From NCBI GenBank assembly GCA_027532825.1, contig JAPZTL010000027.1, positions 3,674-67,673 on the forward strand: DNA of 64,000 nt, written 5' to 3'. Within the stretch, counting starts at the first letter, position 1. The number at the start of each line of letters is the position of its first letter. The notes under the pieces were generated by a model. It had not been told where the DNA came from, ran no database searches, and worked only from the letters and a program-made list of their open reading frames with translations. The stretch is from Silanimonas sp. (GTDB lineage: Bacteria; Pseudomonadota; Gammaproteobacteria; Xanthomonadales; Xanthomonadaceae). The position numbers and the translations under genes are program-made. Below are positions 19,631-28,222 of this stretch, one piece after another.

Positions 19631-20598
19631 GGCAGGCCTCCGCCGCGGCGCTGGGCGCGCAGCTGCGCCAGCGTGGTGCCGAGGACCGGCACGTCGATCG
19701 CCAACGGCGTGGCCGCCAGCGCCCCCAGGGCCTCCGCCTGCGCCTCCAACGGCGCGCCGGCCGCATAGAGACGACGCATCCAGCGCTCCGCGCGCTTGCA
19801 GGCGGCGGCGAGGCCCGCGTCGTCGCGGCGCTCGATCGCGATGCGCGCGAGGGCGAGTTCCAGGCGCAGCGCGGCTTCGCCCCGCTGCCGGTCGGCCGGC
19901 GCGAGCAAGTCCTGCGTGCCGCGCGGACGCACGTCGACGAGGGCCGCGAGCAAGCGCGCCCCGGCCGAGGCCTCGGGCGGCGCCGGGTCCTCGGCCGTCA
20001 GCACGGGCAGGACCGCGAGCGCCGCCTCGATGGCGTCGACCGCGCCGCGCGCGCCGGCGCGCGGGTCCGGCGGAAGGGCGGCCAACGCGGCCTGCTCCTG
20101 CGCGAGCGACTGGCGGAGATTCACGAACTGCGGCGCCGCGAGCGCGGCCAGCAGGCCATCGGCCAGGGCGTAGGCGCGGCGCGCGCCCTCGATGTCGCCG
20201 GACAACCCGAGGCGCGCGTCCGCGTAGGACAGCAGCAGGTCGATCTCGTCGAGTCGCAGGCGGACGCCCGGATCGCTGCCGGCCCCGGCGACCACCTGCT
20301 GGACGCTGTCCTCGAGCAAGGCGGCGCGCTGGCCGAGGCCGAGCACTTCGTCGCGCAGGACCTTGCTGCGCGCCTCGATGTCGGCGAGGCGCTGCTCGCC
20401 CCGCTGCTGGCCGCGCTGCAGCACGGCGACCGCTTGCTCGATGGCCAGCAGACGCTGGTCGATCGAGGCCGGCGCCAGCGGATCCTCCGCGACGGGCGCG
20501 GCCGGACGCGTCCACCACCACGCGATCGCGGCAAGGACGGCGACCACGGCAACGGTGGGCAGGATCCAGCGGGACTGGGACGACGCGGGGCGATCCAT
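19627..20598 (-). CDS. hemX: HemX-like protein
   Basis: N-terminal TM anchor, coiled coil, RLDEIDLLLSYADARL...AYALAD motif; position between hemD and hemY. Confidence 0.8.
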   Translation of the reverse strand: MDRPASSQSRWILPTVAVVAVLAAIAWWWTRPAAPVAEDPLAPASIDQRLLAIEQAVAVLQRGQQRGEQRLADIEARSKVLRDEVLGLGQRAALLEDSVQQVVAGAGSDPGVRLRLDEIDLLLSYADARLGLSGDIEGARRAYALADGLLAALAAPQFVNLRQSLAQEQAALAALPPDPRAGARGAVDAIEAALAVLPVLTAEDPAPPEASAGARLLAALVDVRPRGTQDLLAPADRQRGEAALRLELALARIAIERRDDAGLAAACKRAERWMRRLYAAGAPLEAQAEALGALAATPLAIDVPVLGTTLAQLRAQRRGGGLP

Positions 20599-20630
20599 CG
20601 GCGGGGGACAACGCGGGGGAGACGACGAGT

Positions 20631-21359
20631 TTACGGCTTCGCGGCGCACGCGGCCGCGATGAGCGCGGCCGGTCGCGGGCTTCCGGACTCGCGCACTTCG
20701 CCGAAACCCGCTTCGCGGGCGAGGGCCGCAAGGCGCGGTCCCGGCACCACGATCGTCCGGCGGTCCCGTCCGCCGGCGGGCAGGCGCCGCGCGAGACGCG
20801 CCAGGGCCTCCCCGCTGGTGGCGAGGAGGATACCGTCGAGGTCGGCAGCGAACGCGGCGAGCCGTCGCGCACCGCCGGGCATCGGCCGCCGCTCGTACAC
20901 CTCGGCCTCGTGGACCACGAAGCCCCGTTGTCGAAGCGTGGAAGCGATCAGGGCCCGACCTCCGGGCGCCGTCAGCAGGCCGACCGGGCCCTCGGTCGCG
21001 GCCAGCTCGGGCAGGCCAAGGAGACCCTCGCTGTCCATCCGCTCCGGGGCCACGACCCGGTGCGCGCCCGCCCGCGCCAGCGCGGCGGCCGTGCCGGCGC
21101 CGACGGCCAGGTCGAGGCCCGCCGGCGGCCACGCGACCTGCGCGGCCACCGCACGAACGGCGGACGGGCTGGTGGCGATGCGGAGCGGGCACGCCAGGGC
21201 CGCCGCCAGCCGCAGACCCGCGTCGCGCGGGCGCACCCGCACCATCGGCAGGACGCGCAGGCGCCGCCCTGCGGCTTGTGCCGCCTCGCGCAGCACCGCA
21301 TGCTCGCCCGCCGGCCGCAGGGACCACAGCGTGGGCGTCCGGTCGTCGATCCGTGCCAT
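20631..21359 (-). CDS. hemD: uroporphyrinogen-III synthase
   Basis: SLRP, ATSPSAV, AVGAGTAAAL, MDSEGLL, APGGR, EVYER and ATSGEAL motifs. Confidence 0.88.
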   Translation of the reverse strand: MARIDDRTPTLWSLRPAGEHAVLREAAQAAGRRLRVLPMVRVRPRDAGLRLAAALACPLRIATSPSAVRAVAAQVAWPPAGLDLAVGAGTAAALARAGAHRVVAPERMDSEGLLGLPELAATEGPVGLLTAPGGRALIASTLRQRGFVVHEAEVYERRPMPGGARRLAAFAADLDGILLATSGEALARLARRLPAGGRDRRTIVVPGPRLAALAREAGFGEVRESGSPRPAALIAAACAAKP

Positions 21360-21380
21360 CGCCCTACTCTCGCACAGCCC

Positions 21381-21851
21381 ATGCCCCCGACCGACCCATA
21401 CGCCGCGCAGCGCCAGCGCCTGCAAGCCCTCCTCGACGCCATGCCGCCGGTGGCGGCGCTCGGGCTCGCGGTCGACGGCCTCGACGACCGGTGCCTGCGG
21501 CTGGTCGCGCCGCTGTCGCGGAACGTGAACGACAAGGGCTGCGCCTTCGGTGGCAGCCTCGCCTCGGCCCTGACGCTGGCCGCTTGGGGCGCTCTCGAGA
21601 CCGCCCTGCACCACGTCGGCGAGGACGTCGACATTTACGTCGCCGACAGCCGGCTCGAGTACCTCGCGCCGCTCTACGGCGACCTCCTCGTGGAAGCCGC
21701 GATGCCGGACGCGGAGGCGGTCGCGGCGCTGTGCGGCAAGCTCGCCGCACGCGGCCGGGGCGGGCTGGTGATGGCGGCGGAGGCGAGGGACGCCGCGGGC
21801 CGCGTCGTGACGCGCCTCGAAGGCCGCTATGCCGCCGTGCGGCGCGGCTGA
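21381..21851 (+). CDS. YiiD C-terminal-type hot-dog thioesterase
   Basis: MPPVAALGL...APLSRNVNDKGCAFGGSL...AAWG...YLAPLYGD. Confidence 0.85.
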   Translation: MPPTDPYAAQRQRLQALLDAMPPVAALGLAVDGLDDRCLRLVAPLSRNVNDKGCAFGGSLASALTLAAWGALETALHHVGEDVDIYVADSRLEYLAPLYGDLLVEAAMPDAEAVAALCGKLAARGRGGLVMAAEARDAAGRVVTRLEGRYAAVRRG

Positions 21852-21882
21852 CATACTCCGCGCGCCGCTCCCGGAGACCGCC

Positions 21883-22290
21883 ATGACGCGCTTCGCCCCG
21901 CTCGCCCTCGTCCTCCTGCTCGCCGCCTGCGCCAGCGGCCCGGGCACCCAGGCCGACGCCCTGGATCGCGCCCTGTACGACTACTCGGCGGCGATCCGCT
22001 GGAACAACTTCGAGGTCGCGGCGGAGTCGGTCGATCCGGCCACCCTCGCCCGCGAGCCGCTGACCCCCTTTGAACTGGAACGCCTCAAGCAGGTGCAGGT
22101 GACCGGCTACACCGTCGTCGCCAGCCGGCCCACCCCCGACGGCGGCGTGGTCCGCGAGGTCGAGGTCCGGCTGGTGAACGTGCACACGCAGACCGAGCGC
22201 GTCGCAAGGGTGCGCGAGACATGGCGCTGGGACGAGCCGTCGCAGCGCTGGGTCCAGTCCGACGGCCTGCCCCGCTTCGCGAACGACTGA
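21883..22290 (+). CDS. small lipoprotein of unknown function
   Basis: Lipobox LLAAC after a signal peptide; GGAG upstream; GC3-rich codons. Confidence 0.75.
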   Translation: MTRFAPLALVLLLAACASGPGTQADALDRALYDYSAAIRWNNFEVAAESVDPATLAREPLTPFELERLKQVQVTGYTVVASRPTPDGGVVREVEVRLVNVHTQTERVARVRETWRWDEPSQRWVQSDGLPRFAND

Positions 22291-22367
22291 GCCTGTCGCC
22301 CACGATCGGCTGGCCGGGACCGCCGGGCCGGCGGATAATGCCGGCCCTTCCGCCTTCCGAGCGCCCG

Positions 22368-22805
22368 ATGTCCTGGGACCAGCTGACCGCCTTCGCGCAA
22401 TCCACCCCGATCCTGACCGCGGCCTTCGTCCTCCTCACGGTCGCGGTGATCGTCTCCCAGCTGCGCCAGCTCCTGTCGGGCATCCCGACGCTGAGCCCGG
22501 CCGCCGCGACCCTGCGGATGAACCGGGACGAGGCCCTGGTCGTGGACGTCTCCCCGGCCGCGGATTTCGCCAAGGCGCACATCCTGGGGTCGGTGTCCGT
22601 TCCGCTGGCCGACCTCGACCCCGACAAGCACAAAGTGCTGTCGAAGGCCAAGGAGCGCCCCGTCATCGTGGTCTGCCGGCAGGGCATCAGCGCGGGCGAC
22701 GCCGCCAAGCGCCTCAAGAAGGCCGGGTTCAAGGACGTCGCCGTCCTGGACGGCGGCATCGCCGGCTGGCGCCAGGCCGACCTGCCGGTCGCCAAGGGCC
22801 GCTGA
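22368..22805 (+). CDS. rhodanese-like membrane-anchored protein (YibN type)
   Basis: N-terminal TM, VVDV...FAKAHILGS, IVVCRQG, LDGGIAGW; lies upstream of secB. Confidence 0.9.
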   Translation: MSWDQLTAFAQSTPILTAAFVLLTVAVIVSQLRQLLSGIPTLSPAAATLRMNRDEALVVDVSPAADFAKAHILGSVSVPLADLDPDKHKVLSKAKERPVIVVCRQGISAGDAAKRLKKAGFKDVAVLDGGIAGWRQADLPVAKGR

Positions 22806-22919
22806 GCCCCCGGTCGGCCGGGCCCCTTGCCCCGGCCGCCCCCCGCCCCCACCCCCGTTTCCGGCGCATGCGATACTGCGGCGCTTTCCTGCCCACCTTT
22901 CTTTCCCGGAGTTGCCCCC

Positions 22920-23426
22920 GTGGCTGATGAGACCAACCCCGCCGTGACCGGCGCCGACGCCCAGGCCCAGTTCGCCATCCAGAAGATCTACGTCAAGGAC
23001 GTGTCCTTCGAGGCGCCGGGCACCCCGATGGTGTTCAACGAGCAGGGCAACCCGGACCTGAACCTGAGCCTGAACCAGAAGGTCGGCAAGCTGGCGGACG
23101 ACGTCTTCGAGGTCGTGCTGGGCATCAACCTGACCTGCAAGCTCGGCGACAAGACCGTCTACATCGTCGAGCTCGAGCAAGCCGGCATCTTCGCGCTGCA
23201 GGGCTTCGACGAGCGCAATCTCGACTTCATGCTCGGCACCTACTGCCCGAACGTGCTCTTCCCCTATGCACGCGCGCTGGCGTCCGAGCTGATCCAGGCC
23301 GGCGGCTTCCCGCCGTTCTACCTGCAGCCGATCAATTTCGAGGCGATCTACGCCGAGAGCCTTCGCCGCCGCGCCGAGCAGCTCAAGTCCGGCGGCCTGG
23401 CCGCCCCGGCCGCCGGCAACGCCTGA
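22920..23426 (+). CDS. secB: protein-export chaperone SecB
   Basis: [41 protein letters not shown]; GTG start with GGAG upstream. Confidence 0.97.
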   Translation: MADETNPAVTGADAQAQFAIQKIYVKDVSFEAPGTPMVFNEQGNPDLNLSLNQKVGKLADDVFEVVLGINLTCKLGDKTVYIVELEQAGIFALQGFDERNLDFMLGTYCPNVLFPYARALASELIQAGGFPPFYLQPINFEAIYAESLRRRAEQLKSGGLAAPAAGNA

Positions 23427-23496
23427 TCCCTCGCCGGATCGCCCGCCCGGCCCCGCCGCCGGGCGATGCACCGCCCCGCTCCATGAGGACGCCGGC

Positions 23497-24525
23497 ATGA
23501 CCGCGACGAACACCGTCACCGTGCTGGGCTCCGGCTCCTGGGGCACCGCCTTGGCCGCGCAGATGGCGCGGCAGGGCCACGACACGCTGATCTGGGGCCG
23601 CGATGCGGCACAGGTCGAGGGCATCAACACCCGCCACGAGAACGCCCGCTACCTGCCGGGCGTGGCGCTGCCCGACGGCCTTCGCGCGACCACCGACTTC
23701 GAGGCCGCTGCCCGCGCGGCCTCGATGCTGCTGGTGGTGACGCCCAGCCACGCCTTCACCGAAACGATCCGCCGGCTCGCGCCGCTGCGTCCGGCGGGCT
23801 GCGGCGTGGCCTGGGCCACCAAGGGCTTCGAGCCGGGCACCGGGCGCTTCCTGCACGAAGTGGCCGGGGAGCTGCTGGGGCCGGACGTGCCGCTAGCAGT
23901 CGTGACCGGCCCGTCGTTCGCGAAGGAAGTCGCCCAAGGCCTGCCGACCGCCGTCACCGCGCACTCCGATGACGCCGACTTCGCCCAGGCCGTGGCGGAA
24001 AAGCTCCACGGCCCGGCCTTCCGCGCCTATACCGGCACCGACATGCTCGGCGCCGAGCTGGGCGGTGCGATGAAGAACGTGCTGGCCGTCGCCACCGGCG
24101 TCGCCGACGGCATGGGCCTCGGGCTCAACGCCCGCGCCGGCCTGATCACCCGCGGCATGAACGAGATGCTGCGCCTTGGCGCCGCGCTCGGCGCGCGCCC
24201 CGAGACCCTCATGGGCCTGGCCGGCGTCGGCGACCTGGTGCTCACCTGCACGGGCGACCTCTCGCGCAACCGCCGGCTCGGCTTGGCCTTGGGCAAGGGG
24301 CAGACCCTCGCCGAAGCGGTGGCCGCGATTGGCCAGGTCGTGGAGTCGGTGCAGACCGCCGACGAGGTCATGCGCCAGGCGGAAGCCCACGGCATCGACC
24401 TGCCGATCAGCCGCCAGGTGCAGCGCGTGCTGCACGGGGAGATCACCCCGGTCGAAGGCCTGAAGGAACTGCTCGCCCGCGAGCAGAAGCCCGAGTACCC
24501 CGAAAGCCTGTTCCGGGACGGCTGA
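23497..24525 (+). CDS. gpsA: NAD(P)H-dependent glycerol-3-phosphate dehydrogenase
   Basis: [38 protein letters not shown]. Confidence 0.97.
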   Translation: MTATNTVTVLGSGSWGTALAAQMARQGHDTLIWGRDAAQVEGINTRHENARYLPGVALPDGLRATTDFEAAARAASMLLVVTPSHAFTETIRRLAPLRPAGCGVAWATKGFEPGTGRFLHEVAGELLGPDVPLAVVTGPSFAKEVAQGLPTAVTAHSDDADFAQAVAEKLHGPAFRAYTGTDMLGAELGGAMKNVLAVATGVADGMGLGLNARAGLITRGMNEMLRLGAALGARPETLMGLAGVGDLVLTCTGDLSRNRRLGLALGKGQTLAEAVAAIGQVVESVQTADEVMRQAEAHGIDLPISRQVQRVLHGEITPVEGLKELLAREQKPEYPESLFRDG

Positions 24526-24547
24526 ACCACCGCTGGTGCGCGCCGGA

Positions 24548-25156
24548 TCAGAAGCGGACACGCACGCCGATCCGGAACACCTCTCCGACGTCGTCGAACA
24601 GCACGTCGGTGGTGATGCCGATGCGCTTCGTGACCAGAACGTGCGCGCCAACCTCGCCGACCAGTTCGCGACCACGGTCGCCGGCCTCGAACGCCCCGGC
24701 GAGCGCGCGGACCTCGAAACGCTCGCCGACGCTGCCACGGAAGCCCACCGACAAGCGTGCGCCGCTGGCATCGTCCTCGAAAACGCCCGACCTGCCGATG
24801 CCGCGCCGGCGCACGTCGTCGCTGCGGAAAGCGAACTCGCCCTCAACGGCCCAGAAATCGCCGATCGCGTGGCGATAGCCGGCGCCAGCGTCGAAGCCGC
24901 GGCGCGAAACGTCGCTCCCGCCGTCCTCGCCCGAGGCGTCGATGACGCTGCCATGCAGGTACAGGCCCGAAGCGCCGGCCTCGGCGAGATCGAGGCTGCC
25001 GCGCAGGCCGCCGCCGAGGACGTCGCCGTCGCCGGCGACGAAACCCTCGACGAAGTCGTACGGGAGCGGCTCGGCGAGGGCCGCGACGGGCGCGACCAGG
25101 GCCAGCGCCAACGGGCCGGCGGCAAGGGCGGACGGACGGCGGTTCGTCGAAGGCAT
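24548..25156 (-). CDS. outer-membrane beta-barrel, divergent Ax21-like paralogue
   Basis: Signal peptide, LPYDFVEG motif, alternating beta strands, C-terminal RIGVRVRF. Confidence 0.7.
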   Translation of the reverse strand: MPSTNRRPSALAAGPLALALVAPVAALAEPLPYDFVEGFVAGDGDVLGGGLRGSLDLAEAGASGLYLHGSVIDASGEDGGSDVSRRGFDAGAGYRHAIGDFWAVEGEFAFRSDDVRRRGIGRSGVFEDDASGARLSVGFRGSVGERFEVRALAGAFEAGDRGRELVGEVGAHVLVTKRIGITTDVLFDDVGEVFRIGVRVRF

Positions 25157-25255
25157 CGCCAGGCGGGTCGAGGGAATCGGCTGGCACGATGCCGCGCGCA
25201 TCGTCGCAGATCAAGGGCGCGAGACCCGCGACGACGCGACGAGCCCCACGAACGA

Positions 25256-25281
25256 CGACGCCCGGCCGGGGCCGGGCGTCG
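25256..25281 (-). terminator. GC-rich hairpin downstream of the ax21-like gene (possible terminator)
   Basis: 11-bp stem CGACGCCCGGC/GCCGGGCGTCG with 4-nt loop; only a weak U tail on the minus strand. Confidence 0.35.
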
Positions 25282-25342
25282 CGGTGCCGAAGGCATGGGC
25301 CGGTTGCCCCGGTGCCGGGGCGGCGGTCCCCGCTTCGTTCGA

Positions 25343-25879
25343 TCAGAAACTGGCGCGCACGCCGACCGTGTAGATCCGGGCGCTGTCGTCGAACTCGATC
25401 TCGCCGGTGACGCCCCAAGTCTTGTCGAAGCGGTACTGCAGGCCGAACGTGCCGGTGAAGTCGCCATTGACGTTGCTGTAGTCGCGGTAGCTGACCTTGG
25501 CGAGGCCCTCGAGGTTCGAGGTGAGGCTGCCGCGCAGGCCGGTCGACACGCGGTAGCCACTCTCGCCTTCAGCGTCGGCGTATGCGGCCTCGGTGATCAG
25601 GTCGACGTTGTCGGCGAGGCCATGGGCGTAGCCGAGGCCGAGCTCCCACAAGTCGGCGTCGGCGCCGTTCTCGGAGTAGTTCTGGTAGCTGCCGAGGCCA
25701 TAGAAGCCCGTGTCGGCGAACGCGACCGAACCACGCAGGCCGAGCCCGTCGATGCGGTCGATGCCGTCGGCGTCGATGTTGTTGTAGGTGCCTTCGACGA
25801 AGGTGTAGCTGCGCTCGGCGGCCTGCGCCGACAGCGGCAGGGCGGCGGCGAGGGCCAGGGCGATCAGGGTGGTGCGCAT
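25343..25879 (-). CDS. Ax21/Omp1X-family outer-membrane protein
   Basis: MRTTLIALALAAALPLSAQAAERSYTFVEGTY resembles Ax21 AENLSYNFVEGDY; terminal Phe; located between gpsA and trmL as in xanthomonads. Confidence 0.82.
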   Translation of the reverse strand: MRTTLIALALAAALPLSAQAAERSYTFVEGTYNNIDADGIDRIDGLGLRGSVAFADTGFYGLGSYQNYSENGADADLWELGLGYAHGLADNVDLITEAAYADAEGESGYRVSTGLRGSLTSNLEGLAKVSYRDYSNVNGDFTGTFGLQYRFDKTWGVTGEIEFDDSARIYTVGVRASF

Positions 25880-26078
25880 GGCGATGTCCTTTCTTGTTCG
25901 TTGGGGGGTGGCTCGGGGGAGCCCCGCGGCAGGGCAGCCGCGAGGCCCCAACATCGCGAGGGCGGCGATCGATGGCAACCCAACGGACTCTGAACATTCA
26001 GCCGCGCGCAGGACAACGAAGGTCAGGGAAACACCGGATGGCGCTTGCGGCATGGCGTCGCGTTGGTGCACGCGCGCG

Positions 26079-26540
26079 TCAGGCGCCTTCGTACCCGCAC
26101 TGGCGCCACGCTTCGAACACGGCGACGGCCACGGCGTTCGAGAGGTTCAGGCTGCGCTGGCCCGGACGCATCGGCAGCGCGACGCGGGCGGAAGGATCGA
26201 AGCGCGCGAGCACCTGCGCCGGCAGCCCGGTGGTCTCGCGGCCGAACAGGAACGCGTCGCCGGGCCGGTAGGCCACGCGATCGAAGCGCGTCGCCTCGCC
26301 GGTCTCGACCACCCACCAGCGCGTGGGTCCGATCGCGGCGATGCAGGCCTCGAGATCATCGTGGACGGCCAGCGTCGCGTACTCGTGGTAGTCGAGTCCA
26401 GCGCGGCGCAACCGGGCATCGTCGACCTCGAAACCCAGCGGACGGACGAGATGCAGCGACGCGCCGGTGTTCGCGCACAGGCGGATCGCGTTGCCGGTGT
26501 TCGGCGGGATCTCGGGCTGGAAGAGGACGACGTGGAACAC
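26079..26540 (-). CDS. trmL: tRNA (cytidine(34)-2'-O)-methyltransferase
   Basis: HVVLFQPEIPPNTGN, LRRAGLDYH, FGRETTGLP, SLNLSNAVA (SPOUT fold). Confidence 0.96.
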   Translation of the reverse strand: MFHVVLFQPEIPPNTGNAIRLCANTGASLHLVRPLGFEVDDARLRRAGLDYHEYATLAVHDDLEACIAAIGPTRWWVVETGEATRFDRVAYRPGDAFLFGRETTGLPAQVLARFDPSARVALPMRPGQRSLNLSNAVAVAVFEAWRQCGYEGA

Positions 26541-26594
26541 GCGGGCGACGGGATCGGAGCGGGGGACGAGTATGCGCCCCGAGCGATGGCGTGC

Positions 26595-27398
26595 TCAGGC
26601 CCCGACGCGGCACGCGCGCAGCGGTTCGGCGGCAAGCCGCTCGAAGTCCGCGGAGGCCACGGGACGGGCGGGCTCGGGGAACTCGATCCGCACGGTCAGG
26701 GGGTCTTCGCCCGCGTCGTCACGAAGGTTCGACAGCCCCTCGAAGCGCAGCAGGCGGCGGTCGGCCTCGGCGTACACGACGTCGATGTGCGGGGCGAGCC
26801 ATCCCAGCAGGCCGCCGAGGCGGAGCCGGAAACGCCGGGCGGGTTCGTCGCCGTCCGCGGCGGCTTCGACTTGGTAGACCTTGAAGCCGTAGCTCGTGAG
26901 GCGCGACGGCACGAGGAAGTCCATCGGCACCCGCTCCCCGCGCGCCAGCGCCGGCCAATTGCCCCGCACCCACTGGTCGAAACCGGCATCCGCGACGAAC
27001 ACCCCGTCGGGCAGCATTGCCTGACGGGGCTCGGCGTCCGGGCGGTCGACGAAGACTTGGGCACCGCCCCGCCCCCGCTGCAAGCCCTCGCGGTAGCCGC
27101 TGCGCGCGTCCTCGAACTGGAAGGCGGGGGCCGATGGCGCCCCGCGGTAGTCGACGCGCTTGCGCGCGAACGGCGTGCCGTCGGTGCAGCGGTAGACGAC
27201 GAGGCGCTCGAGCGGGCCGCCGTCGGGCGCCGTCCGCATCAGGTGCTGTTCGCGGTAGAGCGGCCTGCCGTCGTCGAGCGCGGAGGCGAACCCGACCTCC
27301 TCGCGGAGGGACGCGACGACCGGATCGGCCATGAGCGTGGCGAGGACAAGCGCGGCGAGGCCGTGGCCCCGCGAAAGGACGGGACGATGGCTCACCAC
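26595..27398 (-). CDS. exported protein of unknown function
   Basis: Signal-peptide-like N-terminus, beta-rich body; start overlaps the SDR stop; strong codon bias. Confidence 0.7.
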   Translation of the reverse strand: MVSHRPVLSRGHGLAALVLATLMADPVVASLREEVGFASALDDGRPLYREQHLMRTAPDGGPLERLVVYRCTDGTPFARKRVDYRGAPSAPAFQFEDARSGYREGLQRGRGGAQVFVDRPDAEPRQAMLPDGVFVADAGFDQWVRGNWPALARGERVPMDFLVPSRLTSYGFKVYQVEAAADGDEPARRFRLRLGGLLGWLAPHIDVVYAEADRRLLRFEGLSNLRDDAGEDPLTVRIEFPEPARPVASADFERLAAEPLRACRVGA

Positions 27399-28102
27399 GG
27401 CAGCTCCTCTCCCCGGTAGTCGAGGAATCGCATCGCCCCGTCGCGGGGCAGGGCATCGATCACCGCCAGCAGGCCGGCGACGGCCTCGCGGGGTTCCAGT
27501 GGCGCCTGCGGCCCGCCCATCGCCGTGCGCACCCAGCCGGGGTGCAGCAGCACGCCGGCGATGCCGGCCGCATGCAGCGGCTCCGCGAGCAGCCGGCCCG
27601 CCATGTTCAGGGCGGCCTTGGCCATCGCGTAGCTGGGCGTGTAGAACCGGTCCGTCCGGGCGATCGACCCCAGCTGGGACGTGATGAACGCGACGGCGGG
27701 CGCCCGCCCCTCACCCAGCAGCGGCAGCAGCGCCTCCGTCAGCAGCAGAGGCGCCAGCGCGTTGGTTTCGAAGGCCTCGCGGAAGGCCGCGGGGTCCAGG
27801 GCGCCGAGACGCTCGTCGCGGACGAGGACGCCGGCGTTGTGGATGATCCGGTCGATCGCGCCCCAATGCGCCGCGACGACCTCCCGGACGGACGCGCGGG
27901 AGGCGGCGTCGCTCACGTCGAGCGCATGGACCCGGAGACGGTCCCCGGCCTCGTCCGCGAGCGCGGCGAGTGCCGGCGCGCCGGCGGGATCGCGGCAGGC
28001 CGCCAGCACGGCATCGCCGCGGGCGAGGCACTGGCGGACGAATTCGAGGCCGAGGCCCCGGGAGCCGCCGGTGACGAGGATGCGGGAGGGGAAAGTGGCC
28101 AT
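27392..28102 (-). CDS. short-chain dehydrogenase/reductase (CsgA/C-factor-like)
   Basis: TGGSRGLG, NAG, YAMAK (YxxxK), HPGWVRTAMGG. Confidence 0.92.
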   Translation of the reverse strand: MATFPSRILVTGGSRGLGLEFVRQCLARGDAVLAACRDPAGAPALAALADEAGDRLRVHALDVSDAASRASVREVVAAHWGAIDRIIHNAGVLVRDERLGALDPAAFREAFETNALAPLLLTEALLPLLGEGRAPAVAFITSQLGSIARTDRFYTPSYAMAKAALNMAGRLLAEPLHAAGIAGVLLHPGWVRTAMGGPQAPLEPREAVAGLLAVIDALPRDGAMRFLDYRGEELPW

Positions 28103-28222
28103 TCGCCGACCATGCGCCCGTGCCGGTCGCGCAGGCGTCAAGGCGACCCTGCCCTCCGGCACAGGTCGGCGACCCGCGGCAGGCGCTACCCTCGCTCGCC
28201 TCCCCCGTCGTCCGGACCCGCC

